64,000 nucleotides of DNA, taken from Steroidobacteraceae bacterium (GTDB lineage Bacteria; Pseudomonadota; Gammaproteobacteria; Steroidobacterales; Steroidobacteraceae). The DNA is taken from the NCBI GenBank assembly GCA_029266835.1, contig JAQSWD010000037.1:944-64943 (forward strand), read 5' to 3'. Every line of letters begins with the position of its first letter. Position 1 is the first letter of the stretch. Below the pieces are notes generated by a model that worked only from the letters and a program-made list of their open reading frames with translations, did no database searches and had not been told where the DNA came from. Shown piece by piece: positions 1 through 9,765 of this stretch. A program made the translations under genes and the position numbers.

Positions 1-1
1 T

Positions 2-1066
2 GGCCCGGTGAAGAACCCCTGGAACCCCAAGCTCGTTCCGGGCGGCAGTTCGGGTGGTTCGGCAGCCGCGGTCGCGGCCCGGGTTGCCCCGATCGCGACG
101 GCCACGGATACCGGCGGTTCCATCCGCCAGCCGGCCTCGTTGTGCGGCGTGACGGGCATCAAGCCGACCTACGGCCGCGTGTCGCGCTTCGGCATGATCG
201 CCTTCGCCTCCAGCCTCGATCAGGGCGGGCTCATCTCCATCACGGCGGAGGATGCCGCCATGGTGCTCGGCGCCATGGCCGGGTTCGACACGCGTGATTC
301 CACCAGCGTCGATACGCCGGTGCCTAACTATGTGGCAGAGCTCGACAAGCCGCTGACCGGCCTGAAGATCGGCCTCATCAAGGAGTTCTTCGACACGGGG
401 CTCGATGCCGACGTGGAGAAATGCATCCGCGAGGCGCTCGGGGTCTACGAGAAACTGGGCGCCACGCTCGTCGAGGTGAAACTCCCCGCGCTGCCGTTGT
501 CCGTGCCCACTTACTACGTGGTGGCGCCGGCCGAATGTTCGTCGAATCTCGCGCGTTTCGACGGCGTGCGGTATGGCTACCGCTGCCAGGATCCGAAGGA
601 CCTCATGGATCTCTACAAGCGCTCGCGTGGCGAGGGCTTCGGCGCCGAGGTCAAGCGCCGAATCATGACGGGCACCTATGTCCTGTCCGCCGGCTACTAC
701 GACGCGTACTACCTCAAGGCGCAGCGCGTGCGTCAGCTGATCAACCAGGACTTCAAGCGCGCCTTCGGTGAAGTGGATGTGCTCATGGGGCCCACGGCGC
801 CCGACGTGGCGTTCGAGATCGGCGCGAAGTCGTCCGATCCCATCCAGATGTATCTCAACGACATCTACACGATTGGTGCAAATCTGGCGGGAGTTCCCGC
901 CATGTCGATTCCCTGCGGTTTCGTGCGCGATCTGCCCGTGGGCCTGCAGATCTGCGGCCCGCATTTCGCGGAAGCGAAACTGTTCAACGTCGCGCATGCC
1001 TTCCAGAAGGAAACGGACTGGCATCGCAGGCTGCCGGCTGATTTCGCGAAGGAGGTGCTGTCGTGA
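2..1066 (+). CDS. gatA: Glu-tRNA(Gln)/Asp-tRNA(Asn) amidotransferase subunit A, 5' end cut by the window edge
   Basis: Amidase signature '[12 protein letters not shown]' and '[11 protein letters not shown]'. The reading frame is open from the first bases of the window. Its stop overlaps the gatB start by 4 nt. Confidence 0.9.
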   Translation, partial: GPVKNPWNPKLVPGGSSGGSAAAVAARVAPIATATDTGGSIRQPASLCGVTGIKPTYGRVSRFGMIAFASSLDQGGLISITAEDAAMVLGAMAGFDTRDSTSVDTPVPNYVAELDKPLTGLKIGLIKEFFDTGLDADVEKCIREALGVYEKLGATLVEVKLPALPLSVPTYYVVAPAECSSNLARFDGVRYGYRCQDPKDLMDLYKRSRGEGFGAEVKRRIMTGTYVLSAGYYDAYYLKAQRVRQLINQDFKRAFGEVDVLMGPTAPDVAFEIGAKSSDPIQMYLNDIYTIGANLAGVPAMSIPCGFVRDLPVGLQICGPHFAEAKLFNVAHAFQKETDWHRRLPADFAKEVLS

Positions 1067-2535
1067 GCACATCCAACAACGGCTGGGAGACCGTCATCGG
1101 TCTCGAAATCCACGCTCAGTTGTCCACGAACTCCAAGATCTTCTCGGGTTCGGCCACGGCGTACGGCGCCGCGCCGAATTCGCAGGCGAATCTCGTCGAC
1201 CTCGCGTACCCCGGCGTGCTGCCGGTGCTCAACGGCGAGGCGGTGCGCATGGCGGTGAAGTTCGGTCTTGCCATCGGTGCGGAGATCGCGCCGCGCTCAG
1301 TGTTCGCGCGCAAGAATTATTTCTACCCCGATCTTCCCAAGGGCTACCAGATCAGCCAGTACGAGCTGCCCATCGTCGCCAAGGGCCGGATGGAGATCGT
1401 GCTCGACGACGGTTCGCGCAAGACCATCGGCATCACGCGCGCGCATCTCGAGGAGGACGCGGGCAAGTCGCTGCACGAGGGCCTGCCCCGGCAGTCGGGC
1501 ATCGATCTCAACCGTGCCGGCACTCCGCTCATCGAAATCGTTTCCGAGCCCGACATGCGTTCGGCCAAGGAGGCCGTGGCCTATCTCAAGAAGATCCACA
1601 CGCTGGTGCGGTACCTGGAGATCTGCGACGGCAACATGCAGGAAGGGTCATTCCGCTGCGATGCGAACGTTTCCGTACGCAAGTTCGGCGCGGAAAAGTT
1701 CGGCACTCGCGCCGAGATCAAGAACATCAATTCATTCCGCTTCGTCGAGAAGGCCATCAACTACGAAGTCGAGCGCCAGATCGACGTGATCGAAGGCGGC
1801 GGCAAGGTGGTGCAGGAAACGCGGCTCTACGATCCCGACAAGGGCGAGACCCGCTCCATGCGTTCCAAGGAAGAAGCCAACGACTACCGCTACTTCCCGG
1901 ACCCCGACCTGTTGCCCGTCGAGATCGACCCGGCGTACATCGGCGAGATCAAGGCCACGCTGCCCGAGCTGCCGGACGAGAAGGCCGCGCGCTTCGTGCT
2001 GGCCTACGACCTCTCGCAGTACGACGCGACGGTGCTCACCTCCAGCAAGGAGCTGGGCGCGTATTACGACGACGTCGTGAAGGCGCTGGCGGGCGAAAAG
2101 TTGCCGTCGAAAGAGCAGGCCAAGCTCGCCGCCAACTGGGTGGCGGGTTCGCTCGCGGCCGCGCTCAATGAACACAATCTCGAGATCACCGGTTCGCGCA
2201 TCGACGCGAAACGCCTCGCGGGCCTGCTGGGCCGCATCGTCGACAACACCATCTCGGGCAAGATCGCCAAGGATGTGTTCGAAGCCATGTGGGCCGAGGA
2301 CAAATCTTGCGACGAGATCATCGAAGCCAGGGGCCTGCGGCAGATCACCGACACCGGCGCCATCGAGAAGGCCATCGACGAAGTCATGGCGAAGAACCCC
2401 GGCCAGCTCGCCGACTATCGGTCGGGCAAGGACAAGCTGTTCGGCTTCTTCGTAGGACAAGTCATGAAAGCCACCGGCGGCAAGGCGAATCCCGCGCAGC
2501 TCAATGAGCTGCTGAAGAAAAAGCTCGCCGGCTGA
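1063..2535 (+). CDS. gatB: Asp/Glu-tRNA amidotransferase subunit B
   Basis: 490 aa. N-terminus '[13 protein letters not shown]' and 'EEDAGK' are typical of GatB. The C-terminal '[13 protein letters not shown]' tail is the GatB/YqeY domain. The gene is coupled to gatA. Confidence 0.95.
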   Translation: MSTSNNGWETVIGLEIHAQLSTNSKIFSGSATAYGAAPNSQANLVDLAYPGVLPVLNGEAVRMAVKFGLAIGAEIAPRSVFARKNYFYPDLPKGYQISQYELPIVAKGRMEIVLDDGSRKTIGITRAHLEEDAGKSLHEGLPRQSGIDLNRAGTPLIEIVSEPDMRSAKEAVAYLKKIHTLVRYLEICDGNMQEGSFRCDANVSVRKFGAEKFGTRAEIKNINSFRFVEKAINYEVERQIDVIEGGGKVVQETRLYDPDKGETRSMRSKEEANDYRYFPDPDLLPVEIDPAYIGEIKATLPELPDEKAARFVLAYDLSQYDATVLTSSKELGAYYDDVVKALAGEKLPSKEQAKLAANWVAGSLAAALNEHNLEITGSRIDAKRLAGLLGRIVDNTISGKIAKDVFEAMWAEDKSCDEIIEARGLRQITDTGAIEKAIDEVMAKNPGQLADYRSGKDKLFGFFVGQVMKATGGKANPAQLNELLKKKLAG

Positions 2536-2547
2536 TACAGTCCGTCG

Positions 2548-3465
2548 ATGAGCTTGGGTGTCAGCGATTCAGACCGGGTCCGGCGCTTCGTACTCGAGAA
2601 GCATCCCATTCGCGGCCATGCCGTGCGACTCGCACGCTCGTGGCTCGAACTGCGCGAGCACCAGGACTATCCACCGGCGGTGCAGAAGCTGGTCGGTGAA
2701 GCCGTTGGCGCCGTGGTGCTGCTGGCCGCCACGCTGAAGTTCGACGGCACACTCACGCTGCAGCTTCAGGGCAAGGGCCTCGTGAACCTGCTGGTGGCCC
2801 AGTGCACGCATGATTTCAAGGTGCGCGCCATGGCGCGACACGAAGCCATTACCCCGACCGACGCGGAAGGCGAGCCAGGATTCCGCGCACTGGCCGGCGA
2901 AGGCCAGATCGTCGTCACCGTCGAAGCCACCGATCGCGCCTCCAGCTACCAGGGCGTGGTGCCCATCACCGGCCACTCGCTGGCCGAATGCCTCGAAGCC
3001 TACTTCGTGCAATCAGAGCAATTGCCCACGCGGGTGGTGCTCGCGGCCACGTCGGGCCTGGTGAGCGGCATGCTGGTGCAGCGCATGCCGGGCGAGGGCG
3101 GCAAGCAGGACGTGGACCCGGCAGAGCTGGAGTCCGCCTGGATGAAAGCCGACCACGCCATGGCCGGCCTGCACGCCATCGAACTGCTGGACGACGATAT
3201 CGAACAGCGCCTGGTGCGCATGTTCGGCGCCGACGAAGTGCGGGTGTTCGGCGGCAAGGAGACGAAATACGAATGCCGCTGCACGCGCGACCGCGTGGCC
3301 AATGTGCTGCGGTCGCTGGGCGTGGAAGAAGTGCGTTCGGTCATCGCCGAACAGGGCGCGGTCACCGTCACCTGCGAGTTCTGCCAGAAGCCCTACCGAT
3401 TCGATCCCATCGACACCGAGCAGCTGTTCACTGGTTCGCCGCTGGGCAGTAGTTCGATCAACTGA
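2548..3465 (+). CDS. hslO: Hsp33 redox-regulated chaperone
   Basis: 305 aa. The C-terminal zinc/redox switch is CxC ('YECRC') plus CxxC ('CEFC'). The N-terminus 'VRRFVLEKHPIRGH' is Hsp33-like. Confidence 0.9.
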   Translation: MSLGVSDSDRVRRFVLEKHPIRGHAVRLARSWLELREHQDYPPAVQKLVGEAVGAVVLLAATLKFDGTLTLQLQGKGLVNLLVAQCTHDFKVRAMARHEAITPTDAEGEPGFRALAGEGQIVVTVEATDRASSYQGVVPITGHSLAECLEAYFVQSEQLPTRVVLAATSGLVSGMLVQRMPGEGGKQDVDPAELESAWMKADHAMAGLHAIELLDDDIEQRLVRMFGADEVRVFGGKETKYECRCTRDRVANVLRSLGVEEVRSVIAEQGAVTVTCEFCQKPYRFDPIDTEQLFTGSPLGSSSIN

Positions 3466-3468
3466 TCG

Positions 3469-4479
3469 TCAGTTCTCCGGCGTGCAACGCGCGCGCTCGT
3501 CCGTGGCCGGATGCGAGGAGAAGTAGTCCACCGCTTCCTTTTCCTTGGGGCCGTGCGTACCCGTCATGCGGCACAGGATGGCGTCGAAGCTGGATTCGGC
3601 GATCCGGTTTTCGCGCAGCCATTGCTTGGCGAAGCTGTCGGCCTCGCGCTCGAAGTCGCGCGAGTGTTTGGCCGTGAGCAACGCGGGCGCGGCGCTCAGG
3701 ATGCCCGACAGGGAACTCAGATCGCCCAGCAACGCGACGGCCAGCGCCGAGACGCCAGCGGCCTGCAGGATCTGCCGCAGCGCATGCCGGCCACGCACGT
3801 GGCCGATCTCGTGCGCGAGCACGGCCACGATCTCGTCATCGGACTTCGCAATGTCGACCAGCTCGTCGGTCACCACCACGATGCCCGAGGGCAGTGCGAA
3901 AGCATTGGCGCCGATCGCATCCGCCTTGCGGAATTCCAGCCGGTATACGTGGCCATCGTCGAGCGCGCCGGTCATGTCGGTGAAGCGGCGGGTCAGCGCC
4001 GATCGCCGCTCCGCGGGCAACTTGCTCGGGTCGAACATCATGCGGTCGAAGGTCTCGAGCGTGCCGATGCCGATGGCGCGGTCCGCTTCGGCCGGCAGCA
4101 CGCGCGCCACCTGTTTGGCCATGGCCGGGATGCCCCAGTGCACGAAGACCACGGATATCACCGCCACTGCGACCAGCGCCGAGAACACCATGCGCCAACG
4201 GCTCTCGAGCCGGTGTACCCAGCCCGCGGCGGGCCGCATTTCCATGGATTCCAGCGCCTCGTCGATGGCGTCGTTCTCGCGCGTTTCGAAGACGCCACCG
4301 CCCGGAAACCTGATCCGCCTGGCGATGTTGCCAACCCGCTCGGAGATCTCCAGTTCCGACACCGGCGCTTCGACGCGCTGATGCAAACCCAGGACGCGCG
4401 CGATCCCGTCGGCGCCGAGCGCGAGGGACGCCGTGGCGCCCGTCGAGCTCGTGCCATCGAAATATTTGCCGGGGATCAA
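3469..4479 (-). CDS. M48-family zinc metallopeptidase, membrane-anchored
   Basis: 336 aa with an HExxH motif ('LAHEIGHVRGRH'), one TM helix and an N-terminal 'YFDG' domain. Apparent TTG start overlaps the stop of the upstream DUF898 gene (TTGA). Confidence 0.8.
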   Translation of the reverse strand: MIPGKYFDGTSSTGATASLALGADGIARVLGLHQRVEAPVSELEISERVGNIARRIRFPGGGVFETRENDAIDEALESMEMRPAAGWVHRLESRWRMVFSALVAVAVISVVFVHWGIPAMAKQVARVLPAEADRAIGIGTLETFDRMMFDPSKLPAERRSALTRRFTDMTGALDDGHVYRLEFRKADAIGANAFALPSGIVVVTDELVDIAKSDDEIVAVLAHEIGHVRGRHALRQILQAAGVSALAVALLGDLSSLSGILSAAPALLTAKHSRDFEREADSFAKQWLRENRIAESSFDAILCRMTGTHGPKEKEAVDYFSSHPATDERARCTPEN

Positions 4480-5585
4480 ATTCCGAAGTCCACGTCGAAG
4501 AACTCGCCCAGTTCCTCGCCCAGCGCTTCACCGGCTTCTCCGGACGCCGCCTGGAATTCGGCCAGTCCGCCGACGGTCTCCAGCGACGTGTTCTCGAGCT
4601 GGTATCGGACCTTTCGAACCTTGGCCCAGGGGTAGAACAAGCCCAGCGTGAACACCATGCCCAACAGGTTGGTGATTTCGATCCACGCCAGCGGCCAGGC
4701 CTTGACGTTCGAGATCACGCGCGCATTGCCGATCTCGATGCCGCCGAACGAGGCATTGGCGAATCGCGCCTGGTAGAAACCCCAGATGCCCATGCCGGCT
4801 GCGGCGATCAGCAGAATGCCTAGCAGGCCGCCGATGCCCAGCTGATTCAGCAGATGCCACGGCGTGGCGCCGGGATCCGCCGAAGCCTGCAGGAAGCCCG
4901 TGCGTATGATGACGAAAAAGAACGCGGCGTATGCGAGCACGCTCAGGAGCGCGGTGGCGTAACAGAACGCGAAGAATGAACCGCTCGGCGTCACGAACCG
5001 GAACTCGGACTTGCCGTAAGCCGCGTTGTTGAGCGTGTACGACACGCGCTTGTACAGCCACAGCGGAAACAGGATGCCGAAGGTGATCGCCGCGACCAGG
5101 TACCAGCCTATGAACGCCGACAACGCGCCGCGATAATCGCCGTGAAAGTTGAATCGCAGATTGCGGTACGAGGTCACGCGCATCTGGAAGGTGCGCGCCT
5201 TCTGGATGACCCATGGGATGCCGAAAATGATGAGCGGGATGAACAGCAGGCCCACCAGCGGCAGCATCTGCAGGATCAGCAGGAAGACCACGTAGGCACC
5301 GAAGATGATGAGACGGCCCTTGAGTATCTGCACTGGCTTGGCGTGGTACTCGAACCCGTGCCCATCGAGGATGGAGTTGCCGTAGAAATAGCGCATGCGA
5401 CGTACTTTCGCCCACGCGGAGTAGATGCCCAGCGTGACGATGGTGAGCAGCAGGTTCACCATCCAGATGCGGAAATATTCGGCGCCGCTGCCGCGGAACT
5501 CGAAAGGAAGGTTCACACGCGGCGCGAAGTCGGTCGACGCCGCAAAGCCCGGACTGCCGGGATTGCCGGCTGGGGACGCGTTCAT
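4476..5585 (-). CDS. DUF898/YjgN-like polytopic membrane protein
   Basis: Start is placed at the ATG at 5585 ('MNASPAG'), preceded by GGAG, rather than at the ORF-track start 5684. It has two repeated multi-TM halves with 'YFRIW..N..LTI.TLGIYS.WAKVR' and 'LG.FYPWAKVR' motifs, typical of DUF898. Confidence 0.7.
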   Translation of the reverse strand: MNASPAGNPGSPGFAASTDFAPRVNLPFEFRGSGAEYFRIWMVNLLLTIVTLGIYSAWAKVRRMRYFYGNSILDGHGFEYHAKPVQILKGRLIIFGAYVVFLLILQMLPLVGLLFIPLIIFGIPWVIQKARTFQMRVTSYRNLRFNFHGDYRGALSAFIGWYLVAAITFGILFPLWLYKRVSYTLNNAAYGKSEFRFVTPSGSFFAFCYATALLSVLAYAAFFFVIIRTGFLQASADPGATPWHLLNQLGIGGLLGILLIAAAGMGIWGFYQARFANASFGGIEIGNARVISNVKAWPLAWIEITNLLGMVFTLGLFYPWAKVRKVRYQLENTSLETVGGLAEFQAASGEAGEALGEELGEFFDVDFGI

Positions 5586-5745
5586 TTTTCTTGTTCTCCG
5601 TGGTTCCCTGGACCACCGGCGGTGGTCGGTCGGCAGGGTAACTGCTCCGGCCGGCGGATTGCCAACCCGGCAGAGGCGTGTCACGGAACCGGGGCTGGTG
5701 ACAGAGATTGCCCCGGCCTGGCGGCTGGGGCCTGTGCCTGAGCGT

Positions 5746-5893
5746 GCCTTCGGCGGGCTATCTTTTACTTCCCGAACCCGCCTTCGGCGGTCTATCTTTT
5801 ATCTCCCGAACCCGCCTTCGGCGGTCTATCTTTTACTTCCCGAACCCGCCTTCGGCGGTCTATCTTTTACTTCCCGAACCCGCCTTCGGCGGT
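5746..5893. repeat. 34-bp tandem repeat, about 4.3 copies, each with a CCGCC-TTC-GGCGG mini-hairpin
   Basis: Units start at 5746, 5780, 5814, 5848 and 5882 (partial). Consensus is GCCTTCGGCGGTCTATCTTTTACTTCCCGAACCC, with 1-2 substitutions in units 1 and 2. Confidence 0.9.
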
Positions 5894-6627
5894 TCGGTCG
5901 GCTTCTCCAGCTCGCGCAGGTAGCTAGGCCCGCCGAGGCCGCGCATCTGCGCCAGGATCCAGTCGCGGCGCTTGAATACATAAGCGGACGGGGCCTGCAC
6001 CTTGAAGGTGATGGGGTTGGGCAGCACGGCGGCCAGCACGGCCGCTTCCTCGCGATTCAGACGCGCGGCCGGCTTGCGGTAGAACCGCTGCGCGGCGGCT
6101 TCCACGCCGTAGATGCCGTCGCCGAACTGCGCGATGTTGAGATACACCTCGAGAATGCGCTCCTTGGGCCAGCTGATTTCGATCAGCAGCGTGAAATAGG
6201 CTTCGAGGCCTTTGCGCACATAGCCGCGTCCCGACCACAGGAACAGGTTCTTGGCCACCTGCTGCGTGATGGTGCTGGCGCCGCGGATGCGCGGCCGCCG
6301 CCGGCTGGCCTGCTTCTCGTTGTGACGGATGGCTTCGCGGATCGATTTGAAATCGAAGCCGGTGTGAAAAGGGAAGAATTGATCCTCGGCGGCGATCACC
6401 GCCACGGCGGCGTGTGGCGAGATCCGCTCGAGGTCCACCCAGCGATAGTCGGTCTGGTATTTCTTCTTGCCGTCGCGCGAGGCGTCCAGCGACGCATCGA
6501 GCATGAATGCGCTGTACCACGGATCGACCCAGCGCATCGCCACCACGGGCAGCGCCGTGATGAGAAACGCGGCGACCAGGCCGATGACAGTCCATCGGAC
6601 CAGCCGCCGCGGCCATGTCTTCTTCAC
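5860..6627 (-). CDS. mtgA: Monofunctional peptidoglycan glycosyltransferase
   Basis: 255 aa with one N-terminal TM helix. GT51 motifs 'AAEDQ.F..H.G.D' and 'RGASTITQQVAKNLFL'. GTG start. The last roughly 12 codons and the stop lie inside the 34-bp repeat array. Confidence 0.9.
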   Translation of the reverse strand: MKKTWPRRLVRWTVIGLVAAFLITALPVVAMRWVDPWYSAFMLDASLDASRDGKKKYQTDYRWVDLERISPHAAVAVIAAEDQFFPFHTGFDFKSIREAIRHNEKQASRRRPRIRGASTITQQVAKNLFLWSGRGYVRKGLEAYFTLLIEISWPKERILEVYLNIAQFGDGIYGVEAAAQRFYRKPAARLNREEAAVLAAVLPNPITFKVQAPSAYVFKRRDWILAQMRGLGGPSYLRELEKPTEPPKAGSGSKR

Positions 6628-6628
6628 A

Positions 6629-7117
6629 CTACTTGCGGGCGGCCTTGGTGATCACCACGTCCGCGGCCGGTACGTTCTGGTGGCCGGAGCGGTTGGTCGT
6701 GGCGACCTTGGCGATCTTGTCGATGACGTCCATGCCCGAGGTGACCTTGCCGAACACGGCATAGCCGTAGTTCGACGCGCCCGTGTGGTTGAGGAAATCG
6801 TTGTCGACCAGGTTGACGAAGAACTGCGCCGTCGCGCTGTTGATGTCATTGGTGCGCGCCATGGCCAGCGTGCCACGTTCGTTCTTGAGGCCATTGGTGG
6901 CCTCGTTCTTGATGGGGGCCTTGACCTTCTTCTGCTTCATGCCCGGCTCGAAGCCGCCGCCCTGGATCATGAACCCGGGGATGACACGATGAAAAATGAC
7001 GCCGTCGAAGAATCCGTCATCGACATACGACAGAAAATTCTCGGAGGAGATGGGAGCTTCTTTCTCGAACAACTCCACTTCGAAGTTGCCCAGCGAGGTT
7101 TCGAACACTAGTGACAC
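6629..7117 (-). CDS. ppiB: Cyclophilin-type peptidyl-prolyl cis-trans isomerase
   Basis: 162 aa with '[14 protein letters not shown]' and 'GTLAMAR' motifs and no signal peptide. GTG start. Confidence 0.9.
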   Translation of the reverse strand: MSLVFETSLGNFEVELFEKEAPISSENFLSYVDDGFFDGVIFHRVIPGFMIQGGGFEPGMKQKKVKAPIKNEATNGLKNERGTLAMARTNDINSATAQFFVNLVDNDFLNHTGASNYGYAVFGKVTSGMDVIDKIAKVATTNRSGHQNVPAADVVITKAARK

Positions 7118-7126
7118 GGGGAATTC

Positions 7127-7957
7127 CTATACGGCCAGCTTGCCTTCGGTGACGCGCTCGTGGCCGGCGAGATCGCGGTGCGATGTTACGGAAATGAAGC
7201 CATGCGCGACAAGCAGCGCGCGCAGGGTTTCGCCTTGCGTCGCGCCATGTTCGAGGATCAGCCAGCCGCCGGGCTTCAGGTGCCGATGCGCGCCATTTAT
7301 AAGAGTCTGGAAAGCGCCGAATCCGTCGCCTCCCGGTGTCAGTGCAAGCCTGGGTTCATGACGCAGGCCGTCGCCCTTGAGCACCGGATCGTTGTCGGCG
7401 ATGTAGGGTGGGTTGCTGAGCAAGGCGTCGAACCGCCGCCGCGCCAGGGCGGAATACCAGTCGCCCTGGATCCAGCGCACGCGGTCGCCCACCAGCGCCG
7501 CGCCATTGCGGCGCGCCACTTCGAGTGCATTGGTCGAGACGTCGGTGCCGGTGATCAACCACTCGGGCCGCTCATGCGAAAGCGCGACGGCAATGGCGCC
7601 CGAACCCGTGCCGAGATCGGCGACCTCGGCCACCGGTACGCGCACCAGCGCCAGCGCCCGTTGCACCACCAGTTCGGTTTCGGGCCGAGGCACCAGCACG
7701 GCCGGAGACACCTCGAAGGTGAGCGACCAGAACTCACGGCGGCGCAGAAGATAGGCCACCGAGACGCCTTCCGATCGTTTCGTCACGGCCTTGCCGAAGC
7801 AGTCGGCCACGTCGGTTGGCACGGATTCGCCGCTACGCGCGAACAACTGGCTGCGTGTGAGACCCCAGCAATTGGCGAGCAGGATTTCGGCGTCGCGCCG
7901 GTCGATCCAGCGGGCGGCGCCAATCAGCAGCGAATCTCCGGTAGTGGGCAGGGACAT
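7127..7957 (-). CDS. prmC: Release-factor glutamine N5-methyltransferase
   Basis: SAM motif 'VADLGTGSGAIA' and catalytic 'NPPY'. Start is placed at 'MSLPTTG' (7957); the ORF-track start 7978 is an alternative. Confidence 0.9.
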   Translation of the reverse strand: MSLPTTGDSLLIGAARWIDRRDAEILLANCWGLTRSQLFARSGESVPTDVADCFGKAVTKRSEGVSVAYLLRRREFWSLTFEVSPAVLVPRPETELVVQRALALVRVPVAEVADLGTGSGAIAVALSHERPEWLITGTDVSTNALEVARRNGAALVGDRVRWIQGDWYSALARRRFDALLSNPPYIADNDPVLKGDGLRHEPRLALTPGGDGFGAFQTLINGAHRHLKPGGWLILEHGATQGETLRALLVAHGFISVTSHRDLAGHERVTEGKLAV

Positions 7958-7969
7958 GGGGGCCGTATC

Positions 7970-8797
7970 ATGCCGCAAATGAATGCTTCGGTCGGATTGT
8001 TGCCGTTGCCGCGGCCGCTGATGACGGGCGAGGTGCTGGACGCCGGTTTCCGGCTGTTCCGCGCCAGCATTCTACGGACGCTGCCGTATTCGGGACTGGT
8101 GGTGCTCATCCTCGAGCTGCCGACGCTGTACGCCATCCTGTTCTCGCGCGCGTCCCTGGGCTCGTCGTTCATCGCGGCGTACTACCTGCCCGTCGCGCAT
8201 GCCACCGCGTTCCTTTTCACGGTGCCGGTGCTGGGCGTGATCATGCTGCGCATGTTCGCGGTCGCCAACGGGCAGCGGCCACGGTTCCGCGTGGAAATTC
8301 GCGTGGCGCTCAAGCGCTGGATCACCGGCATCATCGCCACGGTGGGCGCCTTCGCCATTCCCGTGGCCCTCGCGATTCTCGGGCCCGCGTTCACCAATGG
8401 CCTGTCGTCGGGGGCGGTGTTCTTCCTGGCTATCGTGCTGTTCTGGCCCACGGCCCTGTTCGTGGTGGCGCTGCCCGCGTTCTGGTGTGGTGGTCTCGGG
8501 CCGTTCGCCGCCATTGCGCAATCACTGCGTATTTCGCTGCGGCGATCGTGGCGAATGGTGGGGGCAATCCTCGCGTCGCTATGCATGGTCAGCGTGTTCG
8601 TGCTGCTGGTGTCCATCATCGTCGGGCTGATGTCACCGATATTCGGGCGCGCCGACCTGTTCCTCAGCGCCACCGTACAGTCGCTGCTGTACCTGGTGGT
8701 GGGTGCCTTCGGGGTGCCTTACGTGCTCGCCGTGCTCATCGTCGCGCATCGCGACCTCGAACTGCGCCATCGCGTACGACGCGAGGTGCGGACATGA
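7970..8797 (+). CDS. Polytopic inner-membrane protein of unknown function, first gene of the MoxR module
   Basis: This is only the last roughly 275 codons of track ORF 7160..8797; the upstream part is antisense to prmC. It has about 6 hydrophobic helices, and its stop overlaps the next start (ATGA). Family assignment is uncertain. Confidence 0.6.
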   Translation: MPQMNASVGLLPLPRPLMTGEVLDAGFRLFRASILRTLPYSGLVVLILELPTLYAILFSRASLGSSFIAAYYLPVAHATAFLFTVPVLGVIMLRMFAVANGQRPRFRVEIRVALKRWITGIIATVGAFAIPVALAILGPAFTNGLSSGAVFFLAIVLFWPTALFVVALPAFWCGGLGPFAAIAQSLRISLRRSWRMVGAILASLCMVSVFVLLVSIIVGLMSPIFGRADLFLSATVQSLLYLVVGAFGVPYVLAVLIVAHRDLELRHRVRREVRT

Positions 8798-9765
8798 GGC
8801 GGTTGCTGGTTTGCCTGGCGTTGCTGGCGGCGCCGAACTTCTCCGGCGCAGCAGCCACGGACGACCCGGCGCTGGCGGCGCTCGAGGCCTGCGGCGCGCG
8901 GCTGGATGCCCGCACCGACGTGGGCCTGGAGCGCATCGCAAAGCGCTGCCCGCAATTGCTGCCGGCATTGCGAAGCGCGCCCTGGGCGGACCTGTTGCCG
9001 CTGTATCTGAGAACTGGCGACAAGCACGACCGGCGCGACGAAATTTCCGCGCGCAGTCTGCGCGAGCTGGCCGAACTGGTGCGGGACTCGAAACGCGAAA
9101 TCGCGCCGCGCAGCGCACCGGATGTCGCCGACCTCGCGCCGGTGCTCGCTGGCCTCGGCGAGAAAGGGCAGCAGGGTGTGACGCGCTGGGAGCGGTTCAA
9201 GCGCTGGATCAAGGACAAGCTCGAAAGACACGAGCGCGAAGACGACCAGGATTCCTGGCTGGGCGATTTCGGCCGGCAATTCGAAACCAGTGAAGGCGTG
9301 GCGCAGTTCATCACCATCGTCGGCTACTGCTGCATGGGTTTGCTGCTGGCGTTCGTCATCTTCTCCGAGTTGCGCGCCGCCGGGTTGTTTGGCGGCAGGC
9401 GCCGCAATGGCGCGCGCGACAAGGCGCGCGAATGGCGCCGGCGGTTGCAGCTCGCCGATGTCATGGCTGCGCCGCTGGCCGATCGTCCGGGCCTGTTGTT
9501 GCAATTGCTGGGCGAAGCGCTCACGCGGGCGAATCGGCTGCGAACCGCCGCAGGCCTGACGGCCGGCGCGCTGGTGCGGCAGGCCAGACTGGATTCCGCG
9601 GAGGAACGCGCCGAGCTGGAACAGGTGGCCTCCACGGCGGAGGCAGTTCGCTTCGCTCCGAGCCAGCCGGATGCCGGAAAACTCGAAGGCGCGGTCACCG
9701 CCGCGCGTTCGCTGCTCGACAAGCTGACGCGCGCGGACCCGGCAACCCGGCGGGCGGGCCGCTGA
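8794..9765 (+). CDS. Secreted/membrane protein, DUF4129-like
   Basis: Start is at 'MRRLLVCLALLAAPNFSGAAA' (signal peptide). There is one internal TM helix ('FITIVGYCCMGLLLAFVIF') and a C-terminal helical region like DUF4129. The position upstream of DUF4350/MoxR/DUF58 fits the conserved neighbourhood. Confidence 0.55.
   Translation: MRRLLVCLALLAAPNFSGAAATDDPALAALEACGARLDARTDVGLERIAKRCPQLLPALRSAPWADLLPLYLRTGDKHDRRDEISARSLRELAELVRDSKREIAPRSAPDVADLAPVLAGLGEKGQQGVTRWERFKRWIKDKLERHEREDDQDSWLGDFGRQFETSEGVAQFITIVGYCCMGLLLAFVIFSELRAAGLFGGRRRNGARDKAREWRRRLQLADVMAAPLADRPGLLLQLLGEALTRANRLRTAAGLTAGALVRQARLDSAEERAELEQVASTAEAVRFAPSQPDAGKLEGAVTAARSLLDKLTRADPATRRAGR

Noticed and set aside
5708-5923. 71-aa ORF translating the 34-bp repeats ('PEPAFGGLSF...'), and the possibility that the array is a CRISPR
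   Set aside because: The repeats are head-to-tail with no spacers, and the period is 34 bp, not a multiple of 3, so the peptide changes frame each unit. No cas genes are nearby. It is a tandem DNA repeat, not a CRISPR array or a coding repeat.
7160-7969. N-terminal 270 codons of track ORF 7160..8797
   Set aside because: This part is antisense to prmC, which has NPPY and SAM motifs, and is non-membrane and Arg/His-rich. The hydrophobic protein only begins at the ATG pair 7970/7979, just past the prmC start.
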